A stretch of DNA of 64,000 nucleotides, taken from contig CDRNVI010000049.1 in assembly GCA_977017575.1 (NCBI GenBank), positions 434,001-498,000 on the forward strand, written 5' to 3'. Source of the stretch: Paramoeba atlantica (Eukaryota; Protista; Discosea). The notes below the pieces were generated by a model, which was not told the DNA's origin, made no database searches, and saw only the letters and a program-made list of their open reading frames with translations. The position numbers and the translations under genes were made by a program. This document shows positions 31,942 through 43,429 of the stretch, in pieces. Each line of letters opens with the position of its first letter. Within the stretch, counting starts at the first letter, position 1.

Positions 31942-33387
31942 CAGGGGGGTAAATCAGATGCTGCGGGGGGTCTAAAAATTGCAAAACCCTTCAAATTTTG
32001 GAAAATGATAGCGCATTCGAGAGCTCTCGCAGAGTTCTATGTTTTTGCGCTATTTTCACCCCAAAAGAAAGCAATTTTGTTTATGGCATTTTTTAAAAAG
32101 TTTTTTTGTCCCTCTAAAATTTGCAGTTTTTCCCAAATTTTCTCATTTTTTTCGTTTTTTCTCCATTTCGTCTCAGTTTTATGCCGCGAAAGCGATCCCG
32201 TTCTATGCAGAACAAAAGATTTCTCTCCGATAGGGCGTACTCCTCCCCTGGGCACACCAAATATTCACATAGGATGCTTCTTGTAAAAGATTACGAGAAT
32301 ACAAATTCCTATGGTGCCACTTGCCGAAGAGAAGGCGTCCACCACAGCACTGTCAAGTTGTGGGTGAAACGCTTTGAGGAAACCGGGGACGTTGAACGTT
32401 CCACACCCCCTCGCGAACGCACTGTGGCGACACCCGGGCTTCTTGATGCGTGCCACGAGATTATTGACACGGCCAACACGTCAAGCACACGCGGTTGTCC
32501 CTCCTGGAATTTTATACTTCGAGAGGTCAGGAAACGAGGTTTCACCTGCAGCAGGCCAACTGTAGTAAATTTTTTGAAGGACGCAGGGATAATCCAACGT
32601 TCTTTTTCGAAAGGCCTTTTTTTAACTGAATCTCATAAGGCCAAGCGACTAACCTTTGCATTGAAAATGCAGAAGTGGTCTGTCGCACAGCTTCGTCACA
32701 TTATTTGGTGTGACGAAAAAAATTCACTTGCCAGCTTGGACAGGAAAGCCGCTCGTACATTTGCAGAGCAAGTGACCCCCCGAAACCACCTCTAAAAGCT
32801 TCGCAAAAGTGGTTTGGGGGGGATGGAGTAAACGTTTGGATGGGTTTCTTAAAGTTTCTTAAAGCGTCATAGCGGGGCCCGGGTTGCTATGGATAATGCT
32901 CCTTGCCACAATGGCAGTTTTAGAACCTTTAAAGAAAACGAAGTCGTTGTTTTGGACTTTCCCCCAAAATCCCCAGATCTTAACCCCATTGAAAACATTT
33001 GGGAAATTATGGATGCCTTTATTAAAAATGGTACAAACCCAGAAAATAGGACTGAACTCTTGTTTTCTATTGAAAGAGCGGTTGATTACATTAAAACAGA
33101 TGGTCATGACATGCTCATTAACACTTTAAAAAGCATGCCGCGGCGTTTCGACATAGTAGTAGAAAAAAAAGGAGAAAGTTGTAATTATTAGTCGTCTAAA
33201 ACCTTTCTCATTTTTGCATTTTGACGTTTTTGGGCTTCTTGTCAGTTGAACACCCCCCTATACCCCGGGAAACTGCCTTTTCTAAAACATAGAACTCTTC
33301 GAGAGCTCTCGAATACGCTATCATTTTCCAAAATTGGAAAGGTTTTGCAATTTTTAGACCCCCCGCAGCATCTGATTTACCCCCCTG
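31942..33387 (+). mobile_element. Tc1/IS630-like element, ~105-bp TIRs, TA TSD, defective DD32E transposase (~32183..33191)
   Basis: TA-CAGGGG...CCCCTG-TA ends; HTH (TVKLWVKRFEETG), CDEK, MDNAPCH and SPDLNPIENIW motifs; internal deletion relative to 60859..62406. Confidence 0.92.
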
Positions 33388-33706
33388 TATGTGAGGGGGG
33401 GTGACAGTAGTCAATTCTAATCCATCGATCAATAGGGTTTAACCCGCTTACGACGTGCAAGAAAAACGGTAATCAAGAATCGTCTAAACAGCAAATTTCG
33501 GTAATCAAAGTGTTCCAAAAGGGCATACAAAGGACATATAAAAAGGCAAGATCTTTTACGTGATAACTCAGTTCATACTTTTGCTCTATGCACAGGATAT
33601 GCTATGAATGGGGAGAGACCTGTAGATAGTACTTTTCCACTAAAACTTGCGCTTTGGATTCCCCGTTTTCATCATTTACAGCTGAAATATTACGAAAAGA
33701 TTCTCT

Positions 33707-34144
33707 TCATGATTTCAAATCTGAATTTTGTTGGATACAGGAAAAACACGTATTCTCAAGCTTGAAGTATTGTTCTCTCTCAAAATTTTCTTGCCACTGT
33801 ACGTGAGAGGCAAGCATCTGTCCGACATATGAGTCATACGCAATGGAAAGGCAGTCGTTTTTCCCGTTTCGTTCTTTTCTTCCCCTTCCAGTACTACGCA
33901 TTACCTCTTGTCTCAGATATAGTTCCCTGTTTTCTCTGCTCAGTTGTTGTGCCGTTTTAATGCGCCTCTTCTTCAAAAGATATTGCACCTTCAAATCGTT
34001 TAGCGCAGTCTTGCAATTCTTATCTAATAATTCAATGTCGTTTAAAGAACGCATGAGAGTGTTGTACAATTGTCTTCGTGGTTTTCGTCTGTTTGAGCTC
34101 ATGACCTGTAAAAACTCATGTGAGAAGAAGTCTGAAGACAACAT
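33707..34144 (-). CDS. Hypothetical basic coiled-coil protein
   Basis: 145-aa ORF on the host strand; no recognised domain. Confidence 0.4.
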   Translation of the reverse strand: MLSSDFFSHEFLQVMSSNRRKPRRQLYNTLMRSLNDIELLDKNCKTALNDLKVQYLLKKRRIKTAQQLSRENRELYLRQEVMRSTGRGRKERNGKNDCLSIAYDSYVGQMLASHVQWQENFEREQYFKLENTCFSCIQQNSDLKS

Positions 34145-34642
34145 TTTTAATTAGTCGGGAGTGTATAATGGAATTAAAAAAATGAAATACGGTATTCACA
34201 AACTGGGCTAAATTATTACTAACTACCTACCTAATTCGCCATAAATTCTGACGTAACGTAGATTTTAAGAGCTGCCCTTAAAATAATTTTTTCGCATTGA
34301 CGAATGAGATCAAAAAGTGGTTAAGATCCTTTCCTGCGAACTTGTTACATGGAAATGTAGGCCTCCAGATTGTCAAGTCCATCTGTGGTTCTTTGAGAGG
34401 TAAAATAAACCTAGAGGATTGGAACTTTGATTGGTTCAACCGCGGTCAATGGAGGCTCATTGGCAAGCAAAATCAACTCTGGTTTCAAACTACCGTTTCA
34501 AAGTTGCTTTGAGGTTTCGCCTGACTACGTTCGTCGTAATCAACTGAAGGAGCAGATCTTGTTCTTTGCAGAGGTCGATCGTACAGTCGCACATGTCACT
34601 GCGCACGCCAGCGACGCAACTTTATTTCTCGTATTTCGCTCG

Positions 34643-35542
34643 TCAAACAGGATACAGGAGCCCGTGATGTTTTCTCTCATGGTACCTACGCATACGCTCA
34701 CGAACAATTGAATGATAATCCTCACTCGTTGGAAGAAGCGCTCTACGTAGTTCCGTTTGCAATTCTTCAATTTCCCTCTCCTTCATTCTTTGCTTATTGA
34801 ATTGCGCTCTCACATTCAGCACGTCACTTACTTTTTCCTGCGCTTTCTGTCGTTGAGATTCCGCTTCTTTTTCCTTTTTCTCCAAATGATACACAAAATC
34901 ATCATACGAATGGAGTAACAAATCCAACAACGCGGTTTGTTTCCAAATCGAATAGAGAGTAACGACAACGCCACATTGGACAAGCGCCAAAGCTATTTTA
35001 TAGCTCTGCTCGCTGAGTTCCCATTTTTTATGGTTCACAATCAGCTGCCGTACTTTTTGTATGTTTTCAACAAAGGTACGGCCGGTGCCATACATGGCCG
35101 CATCCTGGTGAATGTCGAGATCACATAACAAGGGGTGATCGTGGGGGTAAAACCCAGTTGATTTATCACAGCGCTCGGAGGCAAAAGGATTGGTTCTCAC
35201 CGAGTGGGTTTCAGGCCGAGCTCGCATTTCGGCCAATGCTTCGTAGTGTGCCGCTCGGAGTAAGGAATCTGATGTGGAAGGGGTAGTGAGGGAATTCGAT
35301 TTTTCGTTGTTTCCGCTATTTGCTCGAGATGTGTCCAAAGGAATTCTATTCGACATTCGTCCTATTTCCTCCCCGAAGAGCGGTCGGGGTCGACCACGAA
35401 TTGTGATCTCAGCGGTGGAAATGTCCTCGCTTGTGTTTTTCATTTGTTGTAAGTGAACCCATTTCGCGTCTCGCGTGGTTGTGGTTACAGAGCTCTTCCA
35501 TCCAGGGACTCGTGGGCGAAGACGACACCCACAGGGTTTCAT
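34643..35542 (-). CDS. Hypothetical protein with one TM segment and C-terminal coiled coil (possibly mitochondrial)
   Basis: 299-aa ORF on the host strand; IALALVQCGVVVTLYSIW followed by an E/K/Q-rich coil. Confidence 0.6.
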   Translation of the reverse strand: MKPCGCRLRPRVPGWKSSVTTTTRDAKWVHLQQMKNTSEDISTAEITIRGRPRPLFGEEIGRMSNRIPLDTSRANSGNNEKSNSLTTPSTSDSLLRAAHYEALAEMRARPETHSVRTNPFASERCDKSTGFYPHDHPLLCDLDIHQDAAMYGTGRTFVENIQKVRQLIVNHKKWELSEQSYKIALALVQCGVVVTLYSIWKQTALLDLLLHSYDDFVYHLEKKEKEAESQRQKAQEKVSDVLNVRAQFNKQRMKEREIEELQTELRRALLPTSEDYHSIVRERMRRYHERKHHGLLYPV

Positions 35543-37024
35543 TGAATGGCTTTTCTATTTGTGTACTTCTGTTCTATGATATAGAATTTTTCTTCTATAC
35601 TGAATAGGTGTCACGGTACCGTGGACGAAAAAAATGACATTTTTTCAAAGAAAACTACTAAAGAGGTCACAACTTCAGAATTCCATTACGCTCCAAAGCG
35701 GAAATAGTGAGAATTGAGTCGATGGTGAAACTGAAGCAAGTTTTTTCTACCAACTTCTTTAATGGTAGCAAATTCTACGGGCCCACAACAAAATTTCAAA
35801 ACACGGGAAAGGTGAAAACCATAGAAATAGAACTACAAAGTGCCAAAAAAAGAGTCCTAGTATACCGATCTCAACCCCTTAAAATCTCGACCACATTACG
35901 AACACCGATCTCGATCACCGTAAAATCAGTTACTGTCGAGGTCAGTAAGGAAGGCTTGAAAACCATACTTTTCTCGTTCAGAAATATCGTACAAGTGACC
36001 CTTCTATCAAACAAGCATCTTGCCCATATATTGCCTCGCCTTGTTACGAAACTATTGAACAGGTAAAACGTGCTGAATACTCATGCCGATGCATGCAGGT
36101 ACATGAAACGGAAAAGCGAGAAGCAGAAGAATAATGAAAAAACACATCATGATTGAAATTACAACCTCTTCCATTCAATCGAATATTTCCATACATGAAT
36201 CCCCGAAAAGTTACTTTGCCTACGACTCCATCGAGAACGAGTTCCGCGAAGAGGCGTTGAACTACCACCAGTTCGGATACTGCAACCGATGGCTCCACCC
36301 ACACGATGGATCCTTCGGAGAACACACCGCCAGGAAGTTATGTCCTTGTCGCGGTGCGACGAGAGGGTACTTCCTCAATGGGGCACGCAATAGTGTCTTA
36401 CCATCGCAACAGGCACGCACTCTACGGCAGCAACCCTGGGGACAGGCCATACAAGACCTAATATAGCGCCTAAATTCTTTCGTGATCGTTGCTTGGGTGC
36501 GGATACCCCCTTTAATACTGTAGGGCTATTTTGACAGGAATGGTCGTTTTTTGAGGGAGCGACTGGAAAGGTTTCAACCCTCTTAATGAGCAAATCAGGC
36601 CCTTACCGCAATTGGAAAGGGAAAAAAGGTCACACTTTACTAATAAATATTGCTGAACATTTAAAAACAATGTTCCTTAGCTTAGTCGAACACTAGTACT
36701 CTACTATACTGCCCTCCCTACTTCAAAGTCAGCCAATTTGGACTATTAAGTAGGGGGTTAATTTTTATCACCCCCTCATTTTTATAAAAACGAAATCAGA
36801 CTAGGAAGGTGGGTTCTTTCCTTGGAGGAATGTAATGGAGCCTAGCAAGCGAAATCCTAAGACGGAGGACACGCCAATAATTGTACGAACTACATCTACT
36901 ACCTGTATACAGAATATCTACATGTACCTGTATACAGAATTATCATGGATATGGCTGGATATAGCTGGATGGATATAGCATCAGGAAGAGTTTAGTATGG
37001 AATTCCCTAGTACGAGAGAGTTTC

Positions 37025-37690
37025 TTAATTCATCAACACGCTATTGCTCCCGGAACTAAGATTCCGCATTTTTTTAAGTGTTGTGTCAATCCAGTGCATC
37101 AGCCGATTCATGGGAAACACCACAAGCTCGAGATTTCCCTGCAGCATTTCCGACGTAACGTCTGTTGCTTTTCTTGCAAAAGATCCAACAAACGTGACAA
37201 AATCATTTATTAGCTTTTCCGCCTGTTGGACTGTTGCAGCGTATAGCGAACCAACTTCCTCTGTATGCGTGCCCTCCAAATTTAATGCCACACTCTCTAA
37301 TTCGAGACACAACCCTAATGTCACATTTGACCTACTTGCCCCTTCTCCGACGTGACTACGTGGCATACGCAATACCTTTGATGGACAATTGTCAGATACA
37401 AAACCAACATAAGCAAAATCGATCGTTTTTGAGCCCGACCCTGGAAAAGAGTTCGCCAAGGAGAAATTTTCTGACATACAACTGTGCACATAAATCGTAA
37501 ACACGTAGCCCTGCGGCAGGCAAGGCTCCCTTGTAAGGCAGCAGACAAGTTCACGTGCTCTTACGGATGGAAGACTATAGGTCCAACGATTCTCTCCCGA
37601 TGGAGTACCAGAAGTGCAAGGAATGTGTCCGGGAACTATCACCTGGAAAGGAGGCTGCATTTGTTGTATAAATATACTCCCATTCCACAC
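37025..37690 (-). CDS. Hikeshi/OPI10-like (DUF775) protein
   Basis: F.VIVPG, LP.GY...IY, YVGFVSDNCPS, LGLCLE, KLINDFVTFVGSFA and VFP...L.HW follow the Hikeshi motif order. Confidence 0.7.
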   Translation of the reverse strand: MWNGSIFIQQMQPPFQVIVPGHIPCTSGTPSGENRWTYSLPSVRARELVCCLTREPCLPQGYVFTIYVHSCMSENFSLANSFPGSGSKTIDFAYVGFVSDNCPSKVLRMPRSHVGEGASRSNVTLGLCLELESVALNLEGTHTEEVGSLYAATVQQAEKLINDFVTFVGSFARKATDVTSEMLQGNLELVVFPMNRLMHWIDTTLKKMRNLSSGSNSVLMN

Positions 37691-38448
37691 AAAATCTATC
37701 GCATCATACTAGATCAAATGGTGGTGCTTTACAAACGGCTTGTAACTCAAAATTACATACATGTACTTTTGTTGGGTGTTTCTACTTACGTAAACGCTTA
37801 GGGGTGCGTCAATATGTATCATGGTAACGGATCTACCCGTCCACTTGCAATATTATGGACTGATCAGTCACATACTTAAAAATCAGGTTGTTTGACAAAA
37901 TCGACCATTAAGAAAACGAAGACGTTCATTCCTCGAAAATATGAAAATCCGTGCCGGTGAAATGCATGACTTGCTTCGCAGGGCGGATGTTTGGTTCGCC
38001 AAAAAATATTAGGTTCCTTTAATGAGACTACCTCACAAGAATACATCCAATAGCTATAGTTCAAGAAAATTGCGTGAAACATAACACAGCCTGTCTACGA
38101 TCTAATGCTCGAATCTCGGTTGATATTGGTATCGGTGCGGGTCGTACAAAAATGAGTTGCAGTTGAACTTCATGCGGAGCCAGTAGTTTTCTGCAAAATA
38201 TAGGGTGAGTGCAAACAGTCCTAGGCACCATGCAGGATCTTTCGCACATTGACTGAATGTCCGTGGAACGAAACCGCCAAGCATAAACGTTAACTCTTCA
38301 AATGCGTAGGATGAATGAAAGAAATGCCAAAATAGGGTAAAAAGTGATCATTCGGTGAAATAATATGCGACCTACAATGTCATAACGTTAGGATTTCCAT
38401 TTACAATCGAACGTTTCACACCTTCCCACTCAAACGTTCCCCACAACC

Positions 38449-39165
38449 CTACACGATCAACTCCCCTCTCACCTCCATCCCCCACACCTCCCTCACCGAC
38501 GTCTCAAACTCCGGATCATCACAAATCCCCGGTCGGAACGGTACTCTCCCCCCACCCCTTCCCCTCCCCCCTTTCTCCCCCCCCTCCCCCTCCCCTTTTC
38601 TCCTAAAATACACCACCTCCACCACCCTCACCCCCACCACCTCCCCCACCACGACCCTACGACCCCCTTCCCCCCACCCCCCTTCCCTCCCCCCTCCGTC
38701 ACTCGTGTCTCCCCCTCCCCCCTCCCCCCACCACCACCCTCGCGGCAGCCCCCCCCTCTTCACCACCATCCGCACCGGGGCCGTCTTCCCCCCCCCTCCC
38801 CCCGCCCACCCCCCGGGCACCAGCCTCAGCCCCCCCCCGGGGGACTGCCCCGCGACCACCCCCGAGAGCGCGGCCCCGGGGGCGGGGGCGAAGGCCGCGA
38901 GGAGGAACCGCACCGCCGTCCACGCCCCCCCGCCGGTGGGGGTCACGTGCGGGGGGCCGGCCCCGGTGACACGGGGCACCGCGAGCACGAGACCGAGGGA
39001 AGGAACGACGGTGCCGCAGTAGCGCCGGGTGAGGGCGTCCAGCAGGGCCGCGGTGGGGAGGGGGGAGGGGGCGTCAGGGGGGGAGGGGGCGTCAGGGGGG
39101 GAGGGGGGGGTGAAATGGGGGGGGAGGGTACAGACGACGTCGCGCATGGGGTGGAGGAGGAACAT
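38449..39165 (-). CDS. RPC25: RNA polymerase III subunit RPC25/RPC8 (RPB7 family)
   Basis: MFLL..MRDVV..LPPHF, L...Y.G.VVPSLGL.LAV, G.GGAWTAVRF..AAFAP..G..L.GVV. Very GC-rich. Confidence 0.78.
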   Translation of the reverse strand: MFLLHPMRDVVCTLPPHFTPPSPPDAPSPPDAPSPLPTAALLDALTRRYCGTVVPSLGLVLAVPRVTGAGPPHVTPTGGGAWTAVRFLLAAFAPAPGAALSGVVAGQSPGGGLRLVPGGWAGGGGGKTAPVRMVVKRGGLPRGWWWGEGGGGDTSDGGGREGGWGEGGRRVVVGEVVGVRVVEVVYFRRKGEGEGGEKGGRGRGGGRVPFRPGICDDPEFETSVREVWGMEVRGELIV

Positions 39166-40286
39166 TTTTTTGTGGCGTGTCGGGGGGGGGCGGTGTAATA
39201 AAAGGGGGTGGAAAAGGGTAAAAAGAGGGTTGTTAGTGGAGGGGAGAGGATGGAAAAGGAAAGCAAAGGATGAAGAGGAAGTGTGTAGATTGATAAAAAT
39301 AGATTGAAATACCCTCGAAGGACTTACCGTTACCCCCGCTTACTTAGTCCCCACTTTTTGGGCCAAAACCCGTACTTTGTGGTGAAGTAAGGGGGGTGGT
39401 GAGGTAAGGGGGGTGAAGAAGTGATTCAAAGTTCGATCAAATTATAGTTCTCTCGGAAATCCTCAAATTATTGAAGTACACTATGCTATTGGCATTGAGC
39501 ATAATTTCCTTTTCCTGAGTGTTGTAATACCTCGTGTTGCACATTCTATATTTTATGTCTCTTTTAGCTTGTCTACGATGTCCCATGCGTTTTTAACTTT
39601 CCCCTCATGAACATTTCTTACATCGTAAAATTTAAATGATGTCGCAGAACATAAACTATTGAACACTTATTTAAATTTTAGAACTACAAGAACTGTGGCG
39701 CAACTTTATGACCAAAGCGATGATGAAACTGACATGGAAGAAAACCGTTCTGAATTAGAAATGGGGAACGAATCTAAGAGGGGTGACTCCTGCCCGGGCG
39801 CTCCCAGGCGCTCCCAGTAAACTTCTACGGAGATCCGACTTGGTAAAATGATTTTTTCTCAAAGAGGTCCGGAATCCTCAATGTCCCTTGGATGGAACAT
39901 GCTGGGCTAACATGACAAAGAGTTAGAAAGGGAGACTGGCGTTGGGCTGTCGTTGGTGATGGGGCGTGGCGACCCTAGCCTTCCGAAGTAAGGACTTCCA
40001 GCTAGCTGCAGGGATTTGTCTATTCCTATTCCGGTTTAACCCCTTCGGGGTTGCAAGACGGCGTGGCATGTCCATCTCCGGGAATACGTTGTTAGCACCA
40101 CCTTTTCTCGCGTGCCAACCTTGTAACCTCGGTGGAGGTGGGACTGCACTCGTGCAAGCTGTGGTCGAATCCCACCCCATCTCCGGAGGAGTGGAGGCGC
40201 AAAAAACTTCGTTTCTCCAGCCAGGACCGTCCCGGACCAACAATCTGGGATAGTGGAGTTTTAGCGGGTGAGCTAGCAGAGTCGGC

Positions 40287-40637
40287 ACACGCACCCTTAT
40301 AACGCATAAAACTCGCACCCTTATAATGCATAATGTAACCTGATGACGCATATTGTACCCTTGATAACGCATATTGTGCCCTTGATAACGCATAAAACTC
40401 GCACCCTTATAATGCATAGTAACTCGCACCCTTATAATGCATAATGTAACCTGATAATGCATAATGTAACCCGATAACGCATAATGTAACCTCATAACGC
40501 ATAATGTAACCTGATAACGCATAATGTAACCTGATAATGCATAATGTAACCCGATAACGCATAATGTAACCTCATAACGTATAATGTAACCTGATAACGC
40601 ATAATGTAACCTGATAATGCATAATGTAACCGGATAA
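40287..40637. repeat. Left arm minisatellite (20-bp ataatgtaacctgataa(c/t)gc and actcgcacccttataa(c/t)gc units)
   Basis: Directly visible tandem array; its outer part is inverted relative to 42375..42551. Confidence 0.9.
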
Positions 40638-40661
40638 TATTTTTTTTGTCTTTCTTGCACC

Positions 40662-41651
40662 ATGTGTCAAACATCTAGAAAACGTATTAATTCAGAAGAT
40701 CGTAAACTTATTGAGGTTCTCCACAATCAAGAAAATTTTTCGCAAGCACAAATTGCCTCAAAACTGAAAGTAAATCAGTCGTCTCTTAGTCAAGAACTGG
40801 CACGTGGAGATCGGGATGGTGTGTACAACGCGAAGCGGGCTGAACGAACACTCAACCAAGCAATGAGTAAACGGAAGTCCCGTGCAAGCAAAATTGAAGG
40901 AGACATCAAAGAGAGTGTCATATCTCTGTTACGTCGGCGCTTTAGCCCTCAACAGATATCTGTTACTTTGCGCAAAGAAGGTGTGAGCATTTCCCGGAAG
41001 GCAATTTATGGTTTTATTAGTCGGAATAAGAGTCAAAACTTGGAGAGTTGCCTCCGCCGGGGGGGAATTCGTGGACAACGCCGTCGTCGTGGAACTAATC
41101 GTACCAGCATCCCTAATCGTACAGATATTGATATGCGGCCCAGCATTGTTAACGATCGGGAACGATACAGTGATTGGGAGTGTGATCTAATAGAAGGTAC
41201 ACGCCACAGTGGATACTTTCTTACCCTGGTTGAGCGCAAAAGTCGTTTCGGGATCCTGAAAAAGATATCATGCAAGAAATCGACTCTTGTAGCAGAGACT
41301 ATCACCAGCGCCCTTCAAGGCTTTTTGGTACGGACACTCACATGTGATAATGGAACGGAATTCGCGAAGCACGAGAGCGTAAATCGTTCCCTTAATTGCT
41401 CGTCGTACTTTTGTAAACCGTACGCGAGCTGGGAAAAGGGTGGTGTCGAAATTTTCAACGGCGTCGTCAGAGATTTCTACCCAAAGTCTCATCCTTTCAG
41501 TAATATATCCCAAGCAGACCTTGATTCCGTATCCAGCAATATCAATGCTCGACCGAAAGTGGTGCTCCAAGACCAGTCCCCATCTGAGTTTGTGCAAAAA
41601 TTACGGAAAATTCGACTGCAAATTATCTTGGACAGCTCGCAGGAATCTTAA
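40662..41651 (+). CDS. IS30-family DDE transposase, uninterrupted (329 aa)
   Basis: N-terminal HTH (SQAQIASKLKVNQSSLSQELAR), FSPQQI, WECDLIEG, LVERKSRF, LTCDNGTEF and YFCKPYASWEKGGVE; 33 residues between the second D and E. Confidence 0.93.
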   Translation: MCQTSRKRINSEDRKLIEVLHNQENFSQAQIASKLKVNQSSLSQELARGDRDGVYNAKRAERTLNQAMSKRKSRASKIEGDIKESVISLLRRRFSPQQISVTLRKEGVSISRKAIYGFISRNKSQNLESCLRRGGIRGQRRRRGTNRTSIPNRTDIDMRPSIVNDRERYSDWECDLIEGTRHSGYFLTLVERKSRFGILKKISCKKSTLVAETITSALQGFLVRTLTCDNGTEFAKHESVNRSLNCSSYFCKPYASWEKGGVEIFNGVVRDFYPKSHPFSNISQADLDSVSSNINARPKVVLQDQSPSEFVQKLRKIRLQIILDSSQES

Positions 41652-42374
41652 ATCTCTTTTCGTGTGCGTGGGCTTCTTCCTTCAAATATTGTGTCATAAA
41701 ACACTAATTTCCTATGAAACTGCGCGGGCCTTGTTTGCATTGGATATTTGCATTTCGTGTGCGTTCTTGCATTGAATGTCGTTTTCTTTACGTGTATGGG
41801 CTTCAAAAGGTCTTGGCTTTATTACGGGTTGGATATGGTGGAAAAGTTGGGCTCCGTCAGAAACGTTGGGCTTCAGTCGCCTTGGCTTTGTAAGGGATTG
41901 GGTATGATGGAAAAATTGGGCTACGCAAATTGCTTCCCACTAACGACACACATTTTTGTCTTGCAGACGAGGTAAACAAAGTCTTGGCTTTTCTAGGGGT
42001 CGGGTATGATGGAACAGTTGGGCTTCGCAAATTGCTTCCCACTAACGTCAGACTCAGTGGCCCGGCCGGCCCCTCCGTGCGTTCGGCCTCTCATATTCCC
42101 CAAAACAACTACCACCTTCCCACCATTTATCAGGGGTCGCTCGCGCGACCCACGCTAAATAGGGGGGGGGGAGGTGGTAGTTGTGGGGTATGGAGGCCTC
42201 TCGCAACTCCGGGGCCTCACCGGGAGCAGGAATGAAATACTAGAGCTCTTTAACTTGTTTCTCCCCTCCACTTTTTTTCTTTTTAACTTATTTCCCCCCC
42301 TCCACTTTTTTTTCATGGGGTCGATTTCTTTTTCGAGGGGGGGTCACTTTTTTTTTGAGGGGCTCGCAAAAAAT

Positions 42375-42551
42375 ATGCATTATAAAGGTGCGAGTTTTAT
42401 GCGTTATAAGGGTGCGAGGTTTTATGCATTATCAGTGGGACAATATGCATTATCAGTGGGACAATATGCATTATCAGTGGGACAATATGCGTTATCAGGG
42501 TGCATTATGCATTATAAGGGTGCGAGTTTTATGCGTTATAAAGGTGCGAGT
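42375..42551. repeat. Right arm minisatellite
   Basis: atgcattataa(a/g)ggtgcgagttttatgcg and atgcattatcagtgggacaat units, reverse-complementary to the left arm. Confidence 0.88.
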
Positions 42552-43289
42552 GGCGTCCCTGACGCAGTACGATACTACAACGCTCTGCTCATTCGACCAA
42601 GAAAAGCCCACCGGTTGGACGGTGCTAACGTTAGGTGTATTGCAATGGTTGTTTAACTACCGCTGTACCCTCGATTATTAAAAAAAGTGAACAAATTTTC
42701 CACCCCCACGTGGGGGTGACCCCCCCTGGTATCCGCAGGATGGGTCCGCCAAGTTCGGAATTTTCACGAAAAAAAAGTTGGAAAAAATTCTAGGCGGGAT
42801 CCTAGGCGCTCCCACCCAGAGTCACCCCTCTAAGCACAATGTATTATTAACGTGTATTACATGCCGAAACCCTCGTTTAAGTCCTGCAGAATAACAATTC
42901 CAGTAACATGATTTCTGTATCTTCCGATTGAAGCAAAAAATATTAAGAAGCTAAGGAAGAAAAAATTGACGAAAGATAAACTCCGGATTGCTCCGATGGG
43001 TCACTGGCAAGCCAGACCCTTCACAGATAGATATGGAAGTTTCGAGGCCGAAGTCCTCTACCTGTTTTCGTTAGTACAAGGCGGCAACAACGTGCTACCA
43101 CCAACCCGTTGCGTCGACGAACCCAAGACAATCTTCAAACGTTATCATTCCTGCAGCTACGTAGTATTCCTGTAGCCGTTAACATTCCCCCCCGGAATGT
43201 TAAACCGGACTGTGGTTTAAAATCCCGGTATGACGGCGTCGTCTTCACCAAGAAAATTGCACCCAGAACCTTTGTGCATCGTTCTTTGT

Positions 43290-43409
43290 GCGCCATCTGT
43301 GTCCCCCCTTGAAGACCACTGGGCGTGGCTCTGCCTCGCCTTACCCCGATGCAACGGTCGGTTGCAGTGCACCCCTCCGGCTGCATAAAGAGGTGGTAAG
43401 TTGCCTGGG
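43290..43409 (+). repeat. SL-repeat family copy 4 (internal fragment)
   Basis: cccttgaagaccactgggcgtggctctgcctcg...cccctccggctgc.taaagag...agttgcctggg matches the middle of copy 1. Confidence 0.75.
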
Positions 43410-43429
43410 GAATAATCTGACCTCCCCTC

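Larger units (their letters stand above)
40287..42551 (+). mobile_element. IS30-transposase element with long minisatellite inverted arms and GGC target duplication
   Basis: ACACGCACC.../...GGTGCGAGT termini with GGC on both flanks; arms built from mutually inverted repeats. Confidence 0.75.
39778..42830. mobile_element. Non-autonomous TIR element, GAGGGGTGACTC TIR with TAA flanks (PIF/Harbinger-like)
   Basis: 12-bp perfect inverted repeat with TAA at 39775..39777 and 42831..42833 (can alternatively be read as a CTAAG 5-bp duplication). GGCGCTCCC subterminal motifs at both ends. Confidence 0.72.

Noticed and set aside
36134-36466. Possible TnpB/Fanzor C-terminus (EHTARKLCPCRG...NGARNS)
   Set aside because: No RuvC-I motif, incomplete zinc finger and no DRD before NGARN. 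Another frame gives LPPVRILQPM, which looks more like a decayed DDE_1 transposase. Too weak to call either way.
40287-40637. CRISPR-like appearance of the 20-bp array next to a bacterial-type gene
   Set aside because: Units are head-to-tail with no unique spacers, there are no cas genes, and the array is the inverted arm of a transposon.
39923-40663. 246-aa and other ORFs over the minisatellite arms (also 42174..42681)
   Set aside because: Translations of tandem repeats lacking stop codons; not protein-like.
40662-41651. Simple bacterial contamination as the explanation for IS30
   Set aside because: The gene is nested inside elements with intact TIRs and TSDs between eukaryotic host genes, and a second decayed relative is nearby. 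Read-level confirmation is still needed.
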